A stretch of 64,000 nucleotides of DNA, taken from the NCBI RefSeq assembly GCF_031769215.1, contig NW_026781910.1:744001-808000 (forward strand), given 5' to 3'. Positions within the stretch are counted from its first letter, which is position 1. Each line of letters begins with the position of its first letter. Made by a program: the position numbers and the translations under genes. This document shows positions 63,966-64,000 of the stretch, piece after piece. Source of the DNA: Ylistrum balloti (Eukaryota). The notes beneath the pieces were generated by a model. That model searched no databases. It was not told where the DNA came from and worked only from the letters and a program-made list of their open reading frames with translations.

Positions 63966-64000
63966 AGTACAATGATGTTAATATAGCAAAGTTTTACTTA

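Overview
AT-rich eukaryotic genomic DNA with spliceosomal introns. It is an invertebrate animal, probably a mollusc; this is inferred only from composition and repeat style. Left to right the window holds: (1) the first two exons of a ZnT2-like SLC30 zinc transporter (minus strand, 11.9-kb repeat-laden intron 1, gene runs off the left edge); (2) two complete tandem RhoBTB-type paralogs (minus, 10 coding exons each, identical exon lengths, 597 aa, both ending in CAAX CSIM); (3) between them, a degenerate Gmr1-type Ty3/Gypsy LTR retrotransposon (PR-IN-RT-RH order, tRNA-Leu PBS, 5-bp TSD, internally deleted 5' LTR); (4) a decayed, kinase-less fragment of an Abl tyrosine kinase C-terminal exon; (5) a 4-exon TMEM141-like gene missed by the ORF track; (6) a complete 10-exon FATP/SLC27 gene (639 aa). 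Minisatellites, SINE/LINE remnants and a MITE are scattered throughout. The most notable non-coding signals are a tandem pair of minimal hammerhead ribozymes in a RhoBTB intron, a second decayed hammerhead in a Penelope-like remnant, a paralog-conserved 32-bp hairpin at the 3' end of a GC-AG intron, a gene-conversion tract between the RhoBTB copies, and candidate MTF-1 and MiT/TFE sites upstream of the zinc transporter. All family assignments are from motif recognition by eye; no database search was run.
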